From positions 29,884,001-29,948,000 of the forward strand of contig OX597832.1 in assembly GCA_951406725.2 (NCBI GenBank): 64,000 bases of DNA, written 5' to 3'. Positions 13,604-25,169 of the stretch are shown here, one piece after another (position 1 is the first letter of the stretch; the number at the start of each line of letters is the position of its first letter). Source of the DNA: Octopus vulgaris (taxonomy: Eukaryota). Position numbers and translations under genes: made by a program. A model generated the notes under the pieces. The model worked only from the letters and a program-made list of their open reading frames with translations. It was not told where the DNA came from and made no database searches.

Positions 13604-14412
13604 GTAAAAATATGTTCTATTAATTTCCAATTATCATATGTAATTTGTGTCACAAACTAATGTAGGTTTTGCATAACGATGTTTCTGGAAATAATCAAAT
13701 ATTCTTTTCTTCCAGTTCAATGAATTTATTTACCAAGAATTTATTTACACAAGAATATTATTACAGTATAATCAGTTACCAATTCTATCAGTTTTATATA
13801 TTTTACATGCAGTCCATAAGTTGTGATCATCAGTGATGTATCATGTTATAGCAACTAAGGATTACAATATTTATCAGATTTACACCTGTCATTAGAGTTG
13901 AAGGAAGCGTAATTACCAGGTGTTGGCATGAAATAGAAACATCACCATTCCATCGCTTTAAATGTCTAAGTTTTATTAGAAATAAGTGGAAGGAATTGAA
14001 GGGTTGAAGCATTAAGTTTGGTCTTTAGTTGTCTTCAACAAACATTATGAATTCAAATTCACCTCAGCAAAAAACAGGGTTTTTTGCTTCAGAACTGTGA
14101 GAGAAATATGATTCATAAAATACGTAGAAGTTGTTTTTTGAATTAACATTTAGTGTCACGATATTTCTATATCATTAATTGGGAGCTAATTACTATTCCA
14201 TGCAGTCTGTTAGAATTATCCTTGGATATCATAAACTAACATCTAACATCTTACTGACCATTCTATGTATTTCAACTATGTACAATAATCATTCATAAGA
14301 TTCCAGAAATTTCTATAAACAAATTACAAAACAGAATGAATAATATACATTGGTATTTCCATTGAAAATATCTATTTATCATTCATCTTTTGCCATTTTC
14401 TTCCCATTTCAG

Positions 14413-14622
14413 GAAACATTGGATCCATAATAGTAGTATCACAATCTGAGATAAGATATTGTATGGTGAATAACGAGCGCTATAATCTTGGAAGTCGATT
14501 CTCATTCACCGAAGGTTGTTTCAAGTACACCTGTATGTGTTTCCGTAATGGATCTTGGGAATGTCCTGGATCTGACTCCCAATACATCTGTCATCGGGAC
14601 ACAGATTGGGCAAGCATACCAG
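14413..14622 (+). CDS. Exon A9
   Basis: Same boundaries as A1. Confidence 0.9.
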
Positions 14623-14965
14623 GTATGTCACAAACATATTTCTTTTCTTACCAATTCTTAAAATGAAATATTGTCTCATTTCTTCATAGCAATGAAATAT
14701 TCATCTACAAAATATATTTTTTACACTCATTTAACAGTTTACAACATTTATATTTCACATCAACTTATGTAATATTTTCTCCATTTATATAGTAATATTT
14801 GGACATTTTCAAATTCTTCATTTATATATATTCCTTGAAAATTCTCAAAAAGATATATTATTCAAATATCAACTTTTATAAAACTATGTTGATGATTGTG
14901 TTTACTTTACAATCAAAGAGTTTCTTGGAGATAAGTGAATATGTCTCTCTTCTCCTTCATTTTAG

Positions 14966-15205
14966 TTTCAAGCAAAAGATTCTACGTGATCCAACAAACA
15001 GATGCAAACAGCTGTTTTGCTAATAACCAAAGATATCGTTTAGGAGAATCATTCTCTTTTGTTTTGGATTGCTTCCGTTACAATTGTCAGTGTTTCCACA
15101 ATGGATCCTGGGAATGTCCTGCAGATAGATCAGAATATGTGTGCGGAGACAGAACACAACCACATCCCACAAGACCACAGCCCACAAGAGCACCAAGAAA
15201 TGAGG
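14966..15205 (+). CDS. Exon B9 (240 nt)
   Basis: Near-identical to B7 (FLNG to FHNG). Confidence 0.9.
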
Positions 15206-15848
15206 GTAACACGTAATGTTCTATTAACTATCAATGATTTAATCAAACCTATGATTGATCAATGTTCAGTTTGTACATTTGTTCACTTATCAAATCCAGT
15301 GTTTGTTAAAATATTCGCGAATTAAAATAGTTTCTTAGACACAAGATAATATGTTAGATTGTGAAATATCATTAAATCTTTTCATAGATTTTATAAAATA
15401 TCAGCTGATATTTTCCACAAACTAAAGTTTTGCATAACAATATTTCTTTATGATTAAATTGCTATTTTCTCCAATTCAATGAAATTTATTTAATACAGTT
15501 CTATATTTGTGAGATGAAGAAATATTTACATTCTTTACATTTGACAGATATTTGTCCTCATCTTGTTTGTTGTTTGCACATCTCGTCTGATATACCCTCC
15601 AGCCTTCATCAGGTGTCTTGGGAAAATTTCAAACCTAGGTTCTCATTCCTAAGGTATTTTTCAATGTTGTTGTTGTTGTTGATTACTATCATTATTGTTA
15701 CAGTTATTATTATAGTTATTGTCGTTGTTGTTGTAATTGTTGTTGTTATCATTAATATTCCACTACGCCACGGGCATATGACGTAGTGGTTAAGAGTGCA
15801 GGCTACTAACCCTAACAGTAACAATAACAACAACCAAAATTTCCCCTG

Positions 15849-15894
15849 GACACCTGAAGAAGGCTGGAGGGTATCTCAGCTGAAACATTGTGTT
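15849..15894 (+). ncRNA. Copy of the hammerhead motif at 6703
   Basis: Same sequence as 6703-6748. Confidence 0.55.
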
Positions 15895-16038
15895 AACAAC
15901 AAACAAGATGAGGAGAAATATCCGTCAAATGTAAATTAAATAAATTGATTTAACACAACTTACCAATTCTATCCACTGATAGTTCCATCGAAAAGGACTA
16001 TTTACCATTCATCTTTTGCCATTTTCTTCCCATTTCAG

Positions 16039-16248
16039 GAAACATTGGATCCATAATAGTAGTATCACAATCTGAGATAAGATATTGTATGGTGAATAAC
16101 GAGCGCTATAATCTTGGAAGTCAATTCTCATTTACCGAAGGTTGTTTCAAGTACACCTGTATGTGTTACCGTAATGGATCTTGGGAATGTCCTGGATCTG
16201 ACTCCCAATACATCTGTCATCGGGACACAGATTGGGCAAGCATACCAG
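16039..16248 (+). CDS. Exon A10
   Basis: Same boundaries as A1. Confidence 0.9.
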
Positions 16249-16478
16249 GTATGTCACAAACATATTTCTTTAAATCTAAACGACTTGACATTTTTTAATT
16301 GTACAGAAATCTTTGAACATTTCAAAATAGTGCGTGTATAATTTTCTTAACAAATTCTGGATCCGTATTATCTTTCGAATATCAACTTTTACAAAACTAT
16401 GTTAATGATTGTGTTTACATTACAATCAAAGGGTTAATTGGAGATAAATATATATGTCTCTCTTCTCCTTCATTTTAG

Positions 16479-16719
16479 TTTCAAGCAAAAGATTCTACGT
16501 GATCCAACAAACAGATGCAAACAGCTGTTTTGCTAATAACCAAAGATATCCAGTTGGAGAACCATTCTCTTTTGTTTTGGATTGTTTCCGTTACAATTGT
16601 CAGTGTTTCCTCAATGGATCCTGGGAATGTCCTGCAGATAGATCAGAATATGTGTGTGGAGACAGAACACGACCACATCCCACAAGACCACAGCCCACAA
16701 ACAGCACCAAGAAATGAGG
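16479..16719 (+). CDS. Exon B10 (241 nt; +1 frameshift near 16701 gives TGA at 16715-16717)
   Basis: cccacaaACagcacc versus cccacaaGagcacc in B1/B3/B7/B9; splice sites intact. Confidence 0.7.
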
Positions 16720-16894
16720 GTAACACATAATGTTCTATTAACTATCAATGATTTAATCAAACCTATGATTGTTCAATGTTCAGTTTGTACATTTGTTCAC
16801 TTATCAAATCCACTGTTTGTTAAAATGTTCATGAATTATAATAGTTTGTAAGGTGCAAGGTAATATGTTAGATTATGAAATATCGACCCTTCAT

Positions 16895-17628
16895 TTAAGA
16901 AGTCCCATCAAGCCAAGAGAAATCAATGTTATTGACAATGCCAGTTTTACGTAAGTGGTACATTAAAAGCATCCTTCTATCATCGGGCAATATTCTATGC
17001 TTGTGAAGCCCTAGAGAACCAAGTGGTTTTGTTGTCATGGTCGCTAACAGTTCCATTCAACAGGCATCTGTGCCTGTGGCATGTAAAAAGCACCATTCGA
17101 GCATTGGGCCTCATGAGGCAATGACAGGTGAACAAGACCCTTGGTGTTCTACCATGCTTGTGTAAAGCTGTGAAGCCAAGTGAGACTGTAGCCATGGCCG
17201 ACGCCAGTGTCAGGTCAGTGGCACATAAAGAGCATCCACTACACTCCTGGAGTGCTTGGCATTAGGAAAGGCATCCAGCAGTAGAAACCTGAGATCGGAA
17301 ACTGGTTCAACCCCCACTGGCTCCTCAGTTTTCTATCAAACCATCCAACGTATTCCAACATGGAAGGCAGACATCAAACAATGATGACTAATGAAGAGCT
17401 GTAAAGGTCAATGCAAAACTGACCTCACCTGTGCTAGTGATAATATAAAAAGTACTGAGTCCACTCTGCAGACTGATTGGTGTTAAAAAGGACATCCAAC
17501 TGTAAAAGCCCTGCCTAAACAGATACAGTAGCCTGGGGGGAGTCTTCTACCAGGCAGGGTCTCCGGTCAATTTTTCTAACCATGCATGCAGAGTGGACAG
17601 ACAGTAAATGAGGAGGATAATGATGATT
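16895..17628 (+). mobile_element. Two decayed copies of the (GAT)n-tailed retroposon family
   Basis: ggcattaggaaaggcatccagc...aaacaatgatga; second copy ends in gataatgatga. Confidence 0.6.
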
Positions 17629-17702
17629 GAATAATATCCACTGATATTTCCATTGAATGGACTATTTCTTATTCATCTTTTGCCATTTTCTTCCCATTTC
17701 AG

Positions 17703-17912
17703 GAAACATTGGATCCATAATAGTAGTATCACAATCTGAGATAAGATATTGTATGGTGAATAACGAGCGCTATAATCTTGGAAGTCGATTCTCATTCACC
17801 GAAGGTTGTTTCAAGTACACCTGTATGTGTTTCCGTAATGGATCTTGGGAATGTCCTGGATCTGATTCCCAATACATCTGTCACCGGGACACAGATTGGG
17901 CAAACATACCAG
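17703..17912 (+). CDS. Exon A11
   Basis: Same boundaries as A1. Confidence 0.9.
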
Positions 17913-18129
17913 GTATGTCACAAACATATTTCTTTAAATCCAAACAACTTGACATTTTGTAATTTAAACATTTCAAAATAGTGCATATATAATTTTCTTA
18001 ACAAATTCTTGATGAGTCTTATCTTTCAAATATCAACTTTGATTAAACTCTGTTAATGATTGTGTTTACGTTGCAATCAAAGGGTTTCTTGGAGATAAAT
18101 AAATATGTTTCTCTTCTCCTTCGTTTTAG

Positions 18130-18369
18130 TTTCAAGCAAAAGATTCTACGTGATCCAACAAAGGGATACAGACAGCTGTTTTGCTAATAACCAAAGATAT
18201 CCAGTTGGAGAACCATTCTCTTTTGTTTTGGATTGTTTCCGTTACAATTGTCAGTGTTTCCACAATGGATCCTGGGAATGTCCTGCAGATAAATCACAAT
18301 ATGTGTGCCAAGACAGAACACGACCACATCCCACAAGACCACAACCCACACTACCACCATCACATGAGG
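18130..18369 (+). CDS. Exon B11 (240 nt)
   Basis: AG/GT boundaries; tail PQPTLPPSHE. Confidence 0.9.
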
Positions 18370-18861
18370 GTAACACCTATGTTCTATTAACCTTCAATGA
18401 TCAAATGTAAATTGTGATTAATCAACATTCTTTTGTAACGTTTTCTCAACTTTATTGGATGCCAAAGTATTATAGGGCCTCAGTCCATTCTATATGTATT
18501 ACATTTCCAAGTTTTGGGAAATTTTGCTTTCATATTATGCAGCATTTAACAATACAAATTCTTGTCTCGGCATTTACCATTTGGTGATTAGTGAATGTGA
18601 ATAAACGGATGAGTGCAAAATGTACGAAAAGAAGTGGTGCTTCTTGATTCTTGCTTTGTTTATTGTTAATAGCTGGAACTGGACATGATTGTCCATAATT
18701 TCTTTATTACCATTTCTTTCCATCTTCTCTTGTTTCGTCTATTTTCATTTTATCGTTAATTCTTTCATGTCAAATGTTTGTCATTCCTTCCACGAATGAA
18801 ATTTCTTCTTTCCGTAAGTAATACCGTTTTAAATCTTTTGAGTTTCTCTCATCTTTTACAG

Positions 18862-19071
18862 TTTTCCAACAGTCAGTCGTGTTAAACATTGGCCAGACTC
18901 TGAGTTCGTGCGTTGCCAATGGTCAAGAATATCCCTTGAATAAACCATTTACATTCACAGACAACTGCTACCGATATGTTTGTATGTGTCATAGTAATGG
19001 CTCTTGGGAATGTCCAGGAGAGCGTGCAGAATATTCCTGTCCACAGACTCCTTCTCAAGAACCAAAAAAAA
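18862..19071 (+). CDS. Diverged A-type exon (A12, 210 nt)
   Basis: ttacag|TTTTCCAA...AAAAAAA|gtaatt; SSCVANGQEYPLNKPFTFTDNCYRYVCMCHSNGSWEC. Confidence 0.88.
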
Positions 19072-19165
19072 GTAATTTTTGTAATTTTCTAAATATATTT
19101 CCTATTCAAGTATTTACTAAATTTTCGAATATTTTTGGCATGAAACTTGTGAATATTCCATACAA

Positions 19166-19232
19166 ACACACACACACACACACACGCACGCACACACACG
19201 CACACACACATACACACACACACAAACACACA

Positions 19233-19271
<39 letters not shown>

Positions 19272-19370
19272 GCACACACACACAAACACACACACACACA
19301 AACACGCACACACACGCGCACACACACACACAAACACGCACACACACACAAACACGCACACACACGCGCG

Positions 19371-19450
<80 letters not shown>
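19166..19450. repeat. (CA)n microsatellite
   Basis: Seen directly. Confidence 0.95.
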
Positions 19451-19451
<1 letters not shown>

Positions 19452-19599
19452 GCACATAAGCATGCTTGCTTCAAGCCTTCCTCCATTTTCTTAGTATGAT
19501 CTCTTTTGTCAACTTTTAGTTATTCTCTTTACTCCCAGTCAATCTTTTTCATTATTTTTTTTCCTCTTCCTCACTATCAAACTATCAATGTATGTATAT

Positions 19600-20150
19600 A
19601 TCATCATCATCATCATCATTGGTTAATGTCCATCTTCCATGCATACTTGAGTAGGACGGATGACAGGAGCTGGCCAGGTCAAAAATCCACCCTAGGCTGC
19701 TGTGCCTGTTTTGGCAAGGATTTTACGGCTGGATGCCCTTCCTAACACCAACCACTCTGCAGAGTGGAATCAGTGGTTTTTACATGGCACCAGCACAAGC
19801 AAGGTTATTTTTGGCACAATTTTTACAGCAGGATGCCCTTCCAGATGCCAACCATGTCACAGTGTGGACTGGATGCTTTTAACGTGGCAACCAGTACTGG
19901 CAGGGTAACCGAGTAACCTACAAGACAAGGAATTATGAGAGGGTCAAGGGTATTTGAAGAGAGAAACTTGTGTCAGGGGATGAAAGGTTAGAATATGACA
20001 AAGAGACAGAGAGACAAATGCAGGTGTCTTGCCACAACAGAGGGGGTCATTAGAGGGGGGTGATCCAGTATCAGATGACAAAGGGTTAGTGCAGCAGAGA
20101 AATAGAGAGGCAGAAATAGGTGTCTTGTATAGAGGAGGTACGTGATCACC
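19600..20150 (-). mobile_element. (GAT)n-tailed retroposon remnant
   Basis: (cat)n then ggctggatgcccttcctaacaccaaccactc; an opposite-strand relative lies at about 27875-28432. Confidence 0.6.
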
Positions 20151-20156
20151 CAGTGA

Positions 20157-20157
<1 letters not shown>

Positions 20158-20201
<44 letters not shown>

Positions 20202-20310
20202 CAGCAGCAGCAGCAGTAGCGATGGCAGCAGTAGTAGTAGTAGCAGCAGCAGCAGCAACAGTAGTAGCAGCAGCAGCAGCAGTAGTAGTTGTAGCATCAG
20301 CAGCAGCAAC

Positions 20311-20354
<44 letters not shown>

Positions 20355-20563
20355 CAGCAGCAGCAGCAGTAGTATTGCTGCAGCAACAGTGGTAGTAGGA
20401 GGAGAAGGAGGAGGAGCAGCAGTAGCAGTAGTAGTAGTAGTAGTAGTAGAAGTAGTAGTGGTGGTGGTGGTGGTAGTGGTTGTGGTGGTGGTGGTGGTAG
20501 TAGTAGTGGCGGTGGTGGTGATGGTGGTGGTATTAGTAGTAGTAGTAGTAGTAGTAGTAGCAG
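20158..20563. repeat. Compound (AGT)/(AGC)/(GGT)n microsatellite
   Basis: Seen directly. Confidence 0.95.
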
Positions 20564-20655
20564 AAATTGAATGTATGTGGCTAAACATTTAAACTCAGTA
20601 TAATAATGTAATGAGTGTTTGTGTTTTATTTTTTCTTCTCCCCCCCCCTTCTTAG

Positions 20656-20883
20656 TGCCAAGCCGGAACATGTATGTTGTGGTCAACGATGACCCAGAGT
20701 CCTGCTATGTGAAGGGCAGAAAATACACCCTTGGCCGTCCTTTCAGCTTTGAATACGGTTGTTTCGAATACGAATGCAATTGTAACACTGATGGATCATG
20801 GGAATGCCTGTCAGAAAATACCAAGAATATCTGTGGAAAACCGAGAGAGGAGCTTCCTTATCCTTCAACAAGTCGTCCTAAAA
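20656..20883 (+). CDS. Diverged B-type exon (B12, 228 nt)
   Basis: tcttag|TGCCAAGC...CCTAAAA|gtaagt; ESCYVKGRKY...CNCNTDGSWEC. Confidence 0.88.
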
Positions 20884-20912
20884 GTAAGTAGCACTTCTTC
20901 TGATGTCTTTAA

Positions 20913-21585
20913 TCTATATATATAAAACTGTAGTTGTGTGAGTGTCTGTCCCCTTCGATTTAGATTCCTAACTACTCCCACATTTTGCGGTGCAGTTTAA
21001 CCAAATTCGGGTATCTTATAGTCGTGATTCATATCGAGCCCGTCTGGGTATTAGCGCGCGTCTACGCTGAGTCTACGATTTTAAAAATAATTTAACATCA
21101 TTTTTTTCCATTTTAACGCATATTTTTTCGTGTGTCGATGGCGGCGGAGTTGGCGTCCATGGTCGCACCTGCACCTGTTTGCTTCTCCCCCTTCTTCCCT
21201 CCCTCGTGAAGATGTGGGGAAGGGAGTGTAAGGAAATCAACGTCGTAAAGCGTTGTCAAGGAGACCAGCGTTCTTTTAGAACAACGACTTCATGGCTTGA
21301 AGACGCCAAAACAGAAATGGCTAAGAAAGCGTCTACGATGAGTCTACGATTTTAAAAAAAATTTACCATCATTTTTTCCATTTTAATTCATTTTTTCGCT
21401 ATTATATAAGGGAAGTAACTCTCTAAAAATGTCTACGATGAGTCAACAATTAAAAAAAAAATGACCATAATTTTTTATTCCATTTTTAATGCATTTTTTT
21501 GCTAATTTTTTTGCTATAACTCTCTAAAAATGCTTATATAGTTATTTCCCTTACAAACCCGAGCAACACCGGGCGATACTGCTAG
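20913..21585 (+). mobile_element. Non-autonomous Helitron
   Basis: 5' TC(tatatatataaaac), 3' hairpin cccg-agcaacac-cggg then CTAG, inserted between A and T, no TSD. Confidence 0.8.
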
Positions 21586-21737
21586 TCCGCAATAAAAGCA
21601 AAAACACCGAAATGTTTTTTGTTATTGTTGTTGTTATCTAACTGACCTGTGAAGCAGCAGTTTTTCTTTTATGATCTCTTAATTCATGCTCACCATTGCA
21701 GTTGTGTATATTGGTATTTCATTTTGTAGACGTTGTA

Positions 21738-21903
21738 GGCGCAGGAGTGGCTGTGTGGTAAGTAGCTTGCTTACGAACCACATGGTTCCGGGTTCAGTCC
21801 CACCTCGTGGCACCTTGGGCAAGTGTCTTCTACTTATAGCCTCAGGCCGACCAAAGCCGTGTGAGTGGATTTGGTAAATGGAAACTGAAAGAAGCCCGTC
21901 GTG
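21738..21903 (+). mobile_element. tRNA-derived CORE-type SINE, 5' half
   Basis: A box gtggctgtgtgg, B box ggttcagtccc, CORE-like accttgggcaagtgtctt. Confidence 0.8.
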
Positions 21904-22057
21904 TATATATATATATATATATATATGGTTCAATCTTATTTGCTAGATATCAGCTGGAATCTAACAAATTTGTTTTTGTTCTTTTCTGGAATGAAACTTA
22001 TCTCTTGAGAAGTTTTAATTTTACATGAATATTTAAATTTTGTCCATTTCTCTTCAG

Positions 22058-22267
22058 TTTCCCAGCGGAGTGTTGTGGTTAAGACAGTATCTTCCATTAG
22101 ATATTGTTCAGTAAACGGTAACGAATTCCCACTGGGAACCGACTTCACTTTTACCGATGGCTGTTTCCGCTATCAGTGTGAATGCTATCACAATGGCTCG
22201 TGGCAGTGTCCTGGAGACGATGCTGAATATGTCTGTGGAGACCAGTCAGAAAAAGAGAAAAAGAAAG
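22058..22267 (+). CDS. Diverged A-type exon (A13, 210 nt)
   Basis: cttcag|TTTCCCAG...AAGAAAG|gtaaat; IRYCSVNGNEF...CECYHNGSWQC. Confidence 0.88.
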
Positions 22268-22597
22268 GTAAATTATTTTGATTTATATTACAAACTTAAC
22301 TGATGGGTTTTAAAGATGGAAGCATTTGGGGCCTGTAAATCATTGACCCTTTTCTTTAAACATTCAAAATGTGAAACAAAGGACATGCAACAATGATCTG
22401 ATAAATTTATTCATTCTAATTAAACTTGTAGTAAGATATCTTTTACATTTATTTCCCAGAGAATAAAGTTGAGATGTATTTAATCATCATCATCGTTTAA
22501 TGTCTACCTTCGATGCTAGCACGGTTGGTACAGTTTCACAAGAGCCAGCCAGGCAGAAGCCTGCACCTGACTTCTGTGACCATATTTTATGAACTAA

Positions 22598-22810
22598 GGT
22601 GGTGATGTGACAGAATCGTTAACAAGCCAGGTAAAATGATAAACAACATTTCACCTGTCTTATCATTCTAAGTTGAAATTCCGCTGAGGTCAACTTTGCC
22701 TTTCATTCTCTAAGGGTCAATAAAACAAGTACCAGTTGATATCTGGGGTCAATACAATTGACCTCGCCCCTGCCCCGAAATAGCTGGCCTTGTGCCAAAA
22801 TTTGAAACCA
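22598..22810 (+). mobile_element. tRNA-derived SINE, second family (ctttcatcctttcggggtcgataaa-type body)
   Basis: Homologous to copies at 35962-36410, 37016-37473 and minus-strand 37941-38130, 44020-44167, 48995-49152. Confidence 0.7.
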
Positions 22811-22944
22811 ATGTTTATTTTATGAACTGATAAAATGTCCTTCGTCAAAATCTCTTGTTTCAATCCCCCACCCTGTCTCACCAACGCCCAAAATTGTAAT
22901 CATTTGTTTTTTTTTGTGTTTTTGATTTTTTTTTTTTCTAACAG

Positions 22945-23172
22945 CTTCAAGCATCAACTTCCATGTGATTGTCAGTGACGAGATGAGGAACTGCGAAGTG
23001 AATGGAGAAAGTTATTCACTCGGCCGAGCATTTACTTTCAGAATTGGTTGTTTCGAATTCAACTGCTTCTGTAACACTGATGGCTCTTGGGAATGTCTCG
23101 CTGAAGGAATTGCATACATCTGTGACCGCCACGGACGAGAACGGTCACACCATTCAAGTACATGGCAGCAAG
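22945..23172 (+). CDS. Diverged B-type exon (B13, 228 nt)
   Basis: taacag|CTTCAAGC...CAGCAAG|gtgaga. Confidence 0.88.
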
Positions 23173-23313
23173 GTGAGAATTCAAGATATAAATACACTGC
23201 TATGTAGGTGTGTGTGTGTGTGTGCACAGGTGTGCACACAGGTGTGCATGTGTATGTGATTACCACTGGGTTTTATAAATCCATATATTGCGCATTAAAC
23301 ATATATATATATA

Positions 23314-23600
23314 TCACCGTGACCGACCAGGCTATCAGATGTTGTTACACATCGCTGGTCACAATGCGCCTCGCATTGTTTTAGCCTTCAAATGACGCCA
23401 CCCCGCTGGCTAAGCGAGCAGGCCAACAGTAGAAAGAGTGAGAGAAAGTTGTGGTGAAAGAGTACAGCAGGGATCACCACCATCCCCTGCCGGAGCCTCG
23501 TGGAGCTTTAGGTGTTTTTGCTCAATAAACACTCACAACGCCCGGTCTGGGAATCAAAACCGCGAGTCCGCTGCCCTAACCACTAGGCCATTGCGTCTCC
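23314..23600 (-). mobile_element. tRNA-derived SINE, third family
   Basis: Minus-strand head tggcctagtggttagggcagcgg; related copy at about 45390-45640. Confidence 0.7.
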
Positions 23601-23889
23601 ATATATATATATATAATAATTATTTGAGGGAATATATTATTCCTAACTTACAGGGAAAAATTCAATTTAGAAATACTAAATCAAATTTCACAAAATATAA
23701 TATATACATAAAAATTAGAAAAAAACACCTTTTATCAATTCAAAATGAACAATTTTTTGCAATTTACTTAATCATTGGTATATTATTGCTATTTTATTTT
23801 TAATATTTCTAATATTTCTATTATATGTAATTTCCTAGATGGTGTAATTTAATTGTTCGTTTTGAATTGACAAAAGGTGTTTTTTTCTA

Positions 23890-23923
<34 letters not shown>

Positions 23924-23928
<5 letters not shown>

Positions 23929-24260
23929 ATAGCTCAGTGGTTAGAGTGTTGAGTTCACAATCATGGGGAAGTGAGTTCGATTCTCAAACCGGGTTGTGTG
24001 TTGTGTTCTTGAGCAAGACTCTTTATTTCTCATTGCTCCAGTTCACTCAGCTGTAGAAATGAGTTGGGACATCACAGGTGCCAAAGCTGTATCATCCTTT
24101 GCCTTTCCCTTGGATAACATCAGTGGCATGGAAAGGGGAGGCTGGTATGCGTGGGCGATTGCTGGTCTTCCATAAACAACCTTGACCAGACTTGTACCTC
24201 AGAGGGAAACTTTCTATGTGCAACCCCATGGTCATTCGTGACTGGAGGGAGTGGGGGGGT
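23924..24260 (+). mobile_element. tRNA-derived CORE-type SINE, fourth family
   Basis: tagctcagtggttagag (A box), gagttcgattct (B box), gttcttgagcaagac CORE-like. Confidence 0.7.
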
Positions 24261-24959
24261 CTCTCATATGTATATATATCTATATATATGTATATAAATG
24301 TGTGTATGTATATACATATATATATATATGATGGGGTACAGAAAAATTGCTGGCTTTAAGGGTATTGTGGAAGGCCTGGTTGGAAGCCTAACCTTCTGCG
24401 TTCTTTTAAAAAAAACTGAAGGACTTCTGCAATAAATGTTTGAATCTGAAAGGGGAATATTAAAAATAATAATAATGATGATAATGATAATAATGATGAT
24501 GATGATGATAATGATAATAATAATAATAATAATAATAATGAAGTTATTGGTTATAGTGCTCAGGTGTGCTACAACATTGAATAAGATCATAATTAACTGA
24601 CTCTCCTGTATTTTATTTTACCCAAAGACAGGAACCTTCCAGCAGCCCCTTCATATAATGTATTTCTAACAAGAAAAGCATTTCTGTACTTAACTCACAG
24701 TAATGCACTGAATTCTCAAATTCACATTGAGCTCTTTATATCACCAGTATTTCTTACAAAAAGAATATCACCAATGCGTTGGTGCGCGATATAAAATCAT
24801 CAACCATGTCCACCCCATGATGTTAGAAAAGGCTGAAGTAACTCTGACCTCTCTGATAGATTCCCCTTAAATGTAACTCTCTTTTAACAAAGTTAAATTT
24901 ATTTCTTGGAAAGTTTTAATATTACACGGATATTTATTATTTCTTGCATTTCTCTTCAG

Positions 24960-25169
24960 TTTTCCAAAGGAGTGTTGTGGTTAGAACAGCTGCTTCCATC
25001 CGGCATTGTTCAGTAAACGGTAAAGAATTTGCGCTGGGAGAAGACTTCACTTTTACCGATGGCTGTTTCCGCTATCAGTGTGAATGCTACCGCAATGGCT
25101 CGTGGCAGTGTCCTGGAGACGATGCTAAATATATCTGTGGAGACCAGTCAGAAAAAGAGAAAAAGAAAG
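24960..25169 (+). CDS. Diverged A-type exon (A14, 210 nt; close paralogue of A13)
   Basis: cttcag|TTTTCCAA...AAGAAAG|gtaggt. Confidence 0.88.

Larger units (their letters stand above)
6893..16450 (+). repeat. Near-identical tandem segmental array of exon-intron units (1473-1474 bp and 1625-1626 bp monomers; 3099-bp dimer)
   Basis: A-exon starts at 6893, 8367, 9841, 11314, 12939, 14413, 16039; introns nearly identical between copies. Confidence 0.95.

Noticed and set aside
6893-16450. CRISPR-like or prokaryotic repeat system
   Set aside because: Eukaryotic intron-exon DNA; the repeats are kilobase exon-intron units with no short repeat-spacer pattern or cas genes.
1617-18410. Many 65-100 aa ORFs as a tandem family of small genes
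   Set aside because: Similarity is bounded by AG/GT sites in a common phase, the ORF ends run into introns, and none has a signal peptide or its own poly(A) context; these are exons.
19089-20686. Poly-CV/HT, poly-L/V/T ORFs (also 28594-29035, 46338-47005, 51648-52352, 57450-58053)
   Set aside because: Translations of microsatellites.
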